DNA from: an uncultured Verrucomicrobiae bacterium
GTDB taxonomy: Bacteria > Verrucomicrobiota > Verrucomicrobiia > Chthoniobacterales > Terrimicrobiaceae
Assembly: GCA_963706955.1 (NCBI GenBank)
Contig: CAVPOC010000009.1
Location: 32,001 to 96,000, forward strand
Direction: 5' to 3'
Length of the DNA stretch: 64,000 nt
Position 1 is the first letter of the stretch; each line of letters opens with the position of its first letter. A program made the position numbers and the translations under genes. Below, in pieces: positions 59,875 through 64,000 of the stretch. The notes beneath the pieces are model-generated. The model saw nothing but the letters and a program-made list of their open reading frames with translations, was not told the origin of the DNA and ran no database searches.

Positions 59875-60127
59875 GATTGGTGTTCCTTCACTTCGGCAGT
59901 TCGAGAACCGGTCTTCTGGCTTTGCGCGCGACCCGGAGCACGGCCGCGATCTTGCAGGTTCGTATGGTGCGAGATCGTAACGCCCAACAAGTGATTTGTG
60001 ATCGAACCGATGTCCAAGATTTGCGCGGTTAGCGGACGTTTTCATGGTGGAAGGGAAGTCGATGTTGGGCCCTGATCAAAAACTTGTAAATGTTCGGTTA
60101 AATTGCGGCAAATTGCTGCTATCCACC

Positions 60128-60153
60128 CGATGGAAGGTGAACCCTTCCCACCG
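60128..60153 (-). terminator. Hairpin immediately after the PqaA-like gene
   Basis: GGAAGG/CCTTCC stem extended by CGGT/ATCG; no clear U-tract. Confidence 0.35.
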
Positions 60154-61506
60154 TTACGGAGCCCGGCTCACTCCGTCTGGTATCACCTGGACTTGGGTGG
60201 ACAGTTTATAGCTGTGGCCGGTGGGGGCTGTCAGTTCTACTTCCGCCAAGAACGCGGTGAAGCCTTCGGCGGACTTGGAAACATTTGCGCTGGCTCGGTT
60301 GCCGCCCGGGTGAATCTTCAACTCGCGGGTGGTCCATTTTGCGTCCCGAAAATCGCGGTCTACCGAATGCGCAGTCCAGAGACGAATTTTGCTGGCGGGT
60401 TGATCGACTCTGACGGTGAGGCCCGCGGCGCCGTCCGTGCCATCGCGCAGTTCCCATTCGACCTTCGGTAACGGCTGATGATCGGCGATCATTTGAAACC
60501 ATGCGGCCAACGTTTGCCACGCGTCAGGGCCAAGATCGTGCCCAGCGTTCGGCGTTTGGAAGACCAGTTTCGGCTCCGGCAGATCGCTCCAGTAGTGACG
60601 CAGCGAGTCTACGACCCAATAAGGATCGTTGGTGCCGAGCAACAGGAGCTTCGGCATCGTGTAGCTCCGCCGGTAGCTGTAGGGATCGACCCAAGCGCGC
60701 AGCGTTTGCATGGGCGGATCGTCCAACTTCTGGTGCAGGTTGAGATCGGTATACTCGCTAATCTCATCGCTCTGCTGGCCGTACATCTTCTCCGTCCAGT
60801 CGAGCTGCGCCTTCATGTTCAGCATGTCGATGACCATTGGCGCAATGCCGACAACGCGAGTGTCCACCGCAGCCGTCAACCAGCTCGTCCAACCTCGTTT
60901 GGACGCGCCGGATACGACGAAGCGCTCGATCGTCTGATCGAATTCCTGCCTAACGAAGCTTTGGAGGGTATCCATGGCGCGTATGGCGCTCTTCACCATT
61001 GGGAAGAGCAGTGGCCAGGTCTGATCGCCGGTTTTCAAATACTGGTCGAAAGTAAATGCGATCAAGGCGTCCTCCTTGAGACCATCGTAGAGTGGTTGGT
61101 TCGGCACCTTGCTGAGAATGGCGACGACCGCACCGGCCCGTTGCGCCACTTTAAGGAACCGGTCGGCTTCTTTTTCGTCCCGCGCATTGTAGCTATCGTC
61201 AGCGATGAAGAGCATGGCAATGTCAGGGTGGCGCAGGGTGGTTGGCCGAACCACGAGCAAGTCATGACTCCAGAAATGTCCGCGCCACGTTTGGGACATG
61301 ACTTCCAGGTGCGCAAGGGTGGCATCCTTGATCTTCTTCTGGTCAGTTTGCTTCCAGGCAAACGATGCGTCCGGTTCGTGGACATAGTTTTCCAGAGCGT
61401 TCGCCAAGCAATCGGACATAGAGAGCATCCCCATCAGCAATAGTCCTACGGCAAGAAACCGTCCGCGGGTGCTCGACGAAACCCGACTGAACGAGAGGTC
61501 GAACAT
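60154..61506 (-). CDS. PqaA (PhoPQ-activated pathogenicity-related) family alpha/beta hydrolase
   Basis: SQTW, VPNQP, EDALIA, PMVKSA..AMD, GASKRGWT, ND.YW, PNAGH. Confidence 0.88.
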   Translation of the reverse strand: MFDLSFSRVSSSTRGRFLAVGLLLMGMLSMSDCLANALENYVHEPDASFAWKQTDQKKIKDATLAHLEVMSQTWRGHFWSHDLLVVRPTTLRHPDIAMLFIADDSYNARDEKEADRFLKVAQRAGAVVAILSKVPNQPLYDGLKEDALIAFTFDQYLKTGDQTWPLLFPMVKSAIRAMDTLQSFVRQEFDQTIERFVVSGASKRGWTSWLTAAVDTRVVGIAPMVIDMLNMKAQLDWTEKMYGQQSDEISEYTDLNLHQKLDDPPMQTLRAWVDPYSYRRSYTMPKLLLLGTNDPYWVVDSLRHYWSDLPEPKLVFQTPNAGHDLGPDAWQTLAAWFQMIADHQPLPKVEWELRDGTDGAAGLTVRVDQPASKIRLWTAHSVDRDFRDAKWTTRELKIHPGGNRASANVSKSAEGFTAFLAEVELTAPTGHSYKLSTQVQVIPDGVSRAP

Positions 61507-61948
61507 GCGTCAATACAGTGACGTCCCATCGCCTCGTCAAGTTGAAGCGGCGCGCGAGCCTTGCGTTGCGAACAGCTTTGCTGCGATGTCTCTGTCCCCC
61601 CGGCCTTGCGATGCCAGGGTCTCCAAGAGTTCGATTCTGGTGGTTTTAAGGCCAAACGCTTTCATTATCACAAAGCGTTCGAGCCCTGATAGGGAAGATG
61701 ACCGTCGCAATGCAACTAGGCACAGGGCGACCCGTCCAATCAGGTCAAGGCGCACGCCTCGCAGGAGCTCCCCTGAACTTATATGAGACTGGCCTAAGAG
61801 TGATTCTGTTCTTTTGCCAGGCTATGCGGAAGCTATCTGAGCACATATGGGACAGAGGAGGTGCGTGCCGCTGGTAAAGGTTCAGCGAATCGCGCATCCT
61901 TTGGCGCCCATACCTCTGCGCCCACATGCGGCAAACATTCGACTATCT

Positions 61949-62389
61949 TCAAGCCTTCTCGGAGGGGGACCGCAAGCGGTCAAGGACTTCCAACATCGCT
62001 GGGGCCAGATCCGTGTGGTGATGCGTCATCTTCCACACTCCAGCTTCTCGCTGATAAATGTTCGTCACCCGAACCTCGCCGGCGACCTTCTCTCCGCCCA
62101 GTTTGAACTCTGGACACTCAACGCCGACTTCGTAGGCGACATCGCCGAGAACGCGGATGAGTTGGTCCTTTAGTTCAACTCTCCCGTCGGAGGCACCTTG
62201 GGCCACTTGTTCCCACGATTCCCGAACCTCGTTCCATCCCACCTGCCGGCCTCCGATTGGATGCATCGTCGTGACCCCCGGGCCGTGCGACCAAATATCG
62301 GAAAGGGGCTGAGCGTCGCCATTGAGCATACGGTTCAGTGCAGCGTAGAACTGCGTTGATGCATTTCGGACTTCGTCTTCTGCGGACAT
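61949..62389 (-). CDS. SnoaL/NTF2-like (DUF4440) protein
   Basis: FYAALN, MHPIGG, RVTNIYQRE..WKMTHHH. Confidence 0.85.
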   Translation of the reverse strand: MSAEDEVRNASTQFYAALNRMLNGDAQPLSDIWSHGPGVTTMHPIGGRQVGWNEVRESWEQVAQGASDGRVELKDQLIRVLGDVAYEVGVECPEFKLGGEKVAGEVRVTNIYQREAGVWKMTHHHTDLAPAMLEVLDRLRSPSEKA

Positions 62390-62745
62390 GAGATGACCTT
62401 CTGTTGTGGTAATAATTTAAGGCGCCGCCAGGCGCCTAACGTAGGCGACTAGAATTGCTCCTTTCCCAGATCGTCAAGAATAATGCTCCGCCTTGCCCTT
62501 AATGGCGGAACCATTCCTGCAACTTACGCGCGGGGAGCTTTGACGCGCGCCATCGAGGTATCATTCGCTGCGACAAGGGAACTTGCCGTCATTTTCCCCC
62601 GAGGTCCAGAAAGGCTCGGCACCGCCGTTGAGAGCATAAAGCAAGAAACGCCGGCCGACCGTCTAAAACCGGCCCGAGAGTTCAACCTATTCCCCAGATT
62701 TAAGCTGTTGGCCGCTAGTCCAGACAAAAAATAGCCGGCGGAGGC

Positions 62746-63030
62746 CTATTCATCCAGCGGCCGCCGGCCAGCTGCTTCCGGCGAGACGCCCGGAAGCGGC
62801 ACGCCGGCACGCGTGCGCTTGCCGGAACGAGCCACGCACTCGCGATATAAACGTTCTTTCGTCCCGGGTAAGAGATACGGCTGCGTGAAGTCGTTCGGGT
62901 AAGCGCCAACGGCGCGCTCTCATGACAGCCTGGGGCACCGCAGGCCGCCCAGATACCATGCACACAAACAAGGACAGCGCCGCACGCCCGATTCCATTGT
63001 TGTAGCGGCGGCGTCCCCGCCGCCGAAGGC
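62746..63030 (-). pseudogene. Possible remnant of a YjlB-type cupin gene
   Basis: One frame reads FGG...ESG...RLS*..VGAYP...VPLP...G..PL followed by a stop and a hairpin/T-tract; internal stop present. Confidence 0.3.
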
Positions 63031-63235
63031 CTGGCGCGGAGCGCCTGCGGGCGTCGACGTCCTCGATCACCGCAGTCCGCGTCCTGCTTGAGACGCGCAC
63101 CGATGAATCGCGCTTTCAGCGCGCGGGTTACGAGATGACCGTATTTCCTAGGCGCGTGCCCTAGGCTTGGACTCAAGCTTCGCCCTTGGCGAGGTCAATG
63201 GAGAAGCTCTCGTGGGCGAGCTATTGGATCGCCAC

Positions 63236-63829
63236 TCATCCTGCCCGCTGACGCTTTCTAAAGGCCGATACTTTCGCCCGGTTGCCACAGACCGCCGTGC
63301 TGCAGAACAGTCGCCGGTGCGCCTTGGTACGGTCCAGAAACCAGAGGGTACATCCCGGTCCGGCGCACTGCCTAAGGAGCGATGGATGCTCTTGTGTGAC
63401 TAAGGCGGCGATCTGCGTCGCTACCAAGCCAACCAGTGCGTTCGCAGCCTCGATGCAAGGGCGCTCGACCACTCTCAGAGTTGCGCCGGCCCGGACTACC
63501 TCTCGTCGAACCGGATCCCGCTCGAGCAACTTGTTTAACGCAACGATCTCGGCCTGATAGTCACCTTGAGGAGCGATTAGCCAGTGTGACAGCCAGTGCC
63601 GTGCCCACTCGCGGATTCGGCGTGCTTCCGCCGCACTGGCGTCCAGGGCTTTGATGCCAAAGCGGCGCACGACCTTCGAGGCCGTTGCACGGTCCAATAG
63701 CTTGGCAGTCACCAGCCAGTCGAGGAAAGCCCTGCCGTCGCTGATCGTTTCGATAGGCGTGCCCTGCGGCGCCAAGGCGGTGTTGAGAAAGTCGACAGCC
63801 GGATGGCTGCCGAGGAAAAGCGGACGCAT
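63236..63829 (-). CDS. ABATE domain / CGNR zinc-finger protein (putative transcription factor)
   Basis: G.HPAVDFLNT N-terminus; C...C...FLD......R..CS...CGNR.K...R. Confidence 0.93.
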   Translation of the reverse strand: MRPLFLGSHPAVDFLNTALAPQGTPIETISDGRAFLDWLVTAKLLDRATASKVVRRFGIKALDASAAEARRIREWARHWLSHWLIAPQGDYQAEIVALNKLLERDPVRREVVRAGATLRVVERPCIEAANALVGLVATQIAALVTQEHPSLLRQCAGPGCTLWFLDRTKAHRRLFCSTAVCGNRAKVSAFRKRQRAG

Positions 63830-63865
63830 GGCTAATGTGGGAGTACGTGAAGATTACGGAAAGAG

Positions 63866-63939
63866 TGTAACCTACAAACATATGTTTGACAAGTTACTAA
63901 CTCACTGTAACCTTTATTAAACTCTATAACAGGTTACAG
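63866..63939. promoter_or_regulatory. Two tandem GTAAC-N21-GTTAC palindromic operators overlapping a TTGACA-N16-TAACCT promoter
   Basis: GTAAC 63867 / GTTAC 63893 and GTAAC 63907 / GTTAC 63933; the second extends to perfect CTGTAACCT/AGGTTACAG; TTGACA at 63886. Confidence 0.7.
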
Positions 63940-63972
63940 CACCAACCCCAAACCAACATGAAAGGAATCGCT

Positions 63973-64000
63973 ATGAACTCCCATCGCCTTGCCGGTCTGT
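63973..64000 (+). CDS. Start of a divergent gene, truncated by the window edge
   Basis: AAAGGA RBS followed by ATG AAC TCC CAT; alternative in-frame ATG at 63958. Confidence 0.5.

Noticed and set aside
59875..60045. N-terminal ORF extensions of the amidohydrolase (likewise the porin at 3659 and the oxidoreductase at 46716)
   Set aside because: Signal peptides or Rossmann motifs begin at downstream starts, and the extensions look non-coding
60478..61443. Long antisense ORFs (also 37779-38738, 7785-8522, 13116-13844)
   Set aside because: Shadow frames of well-supported genes in GC-rich DNA, with no recognisable motifs

Overview
A 64 kb, roughly 58-60% GC bacterial chromosomal segment. Gene content and order suggest a soil-type Verrucomicrobiota (Spartobacteria/Terrimicrobiaceae-like) genome; this is an inference. 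A housekeeping backbone (ribD, PBP1A, ileS-lspA, dusB, lptG, dinG, purA-uppS-sigma54 activator-pabC-mfd-surA-pdxA, iscS, trpE/G, tag) is interleaved with four accessory modules. (1) A three-gene beta-glucan locus at 9.1-13.9 kb: an HlyD-type membrane-fusion protein plus a CrdS/BgsA-clade processive GT2 synthase with degenerate gating-loop and PilZ motifs, overlapping a convergent secreted GH9 glucanase. This is the best candidate for an undescribed system. (2) A GH127/ABC/GH31/AKR/GH31 sugar-utilisation locus at 33.9-44.3 kb. (3) A methyltransferase/FAD-oxidoreductase/type III PKS cluster at 44.3-47.0 kb. (4) A decaying accessory tail at 56-64 kb, with a SnoaL pseudogene carrying an internal inversion and a CGNR/ABATE gene preceded by two GTAAC-N21-GTTAC palindromes. 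A structured riboswitch-like leader lies at 52.9-53.0 kb. Three single-base lesions are visible: +1 C in ileS, +1 C in the sugar-binding protein, and a TAG in yicI. At least the ileS lesion is probably a sequencing error. No rRNA, tRNA, CRISPR array, integrase or transposase was recognised. All family calls come from motif recognition by eye, not database searches.
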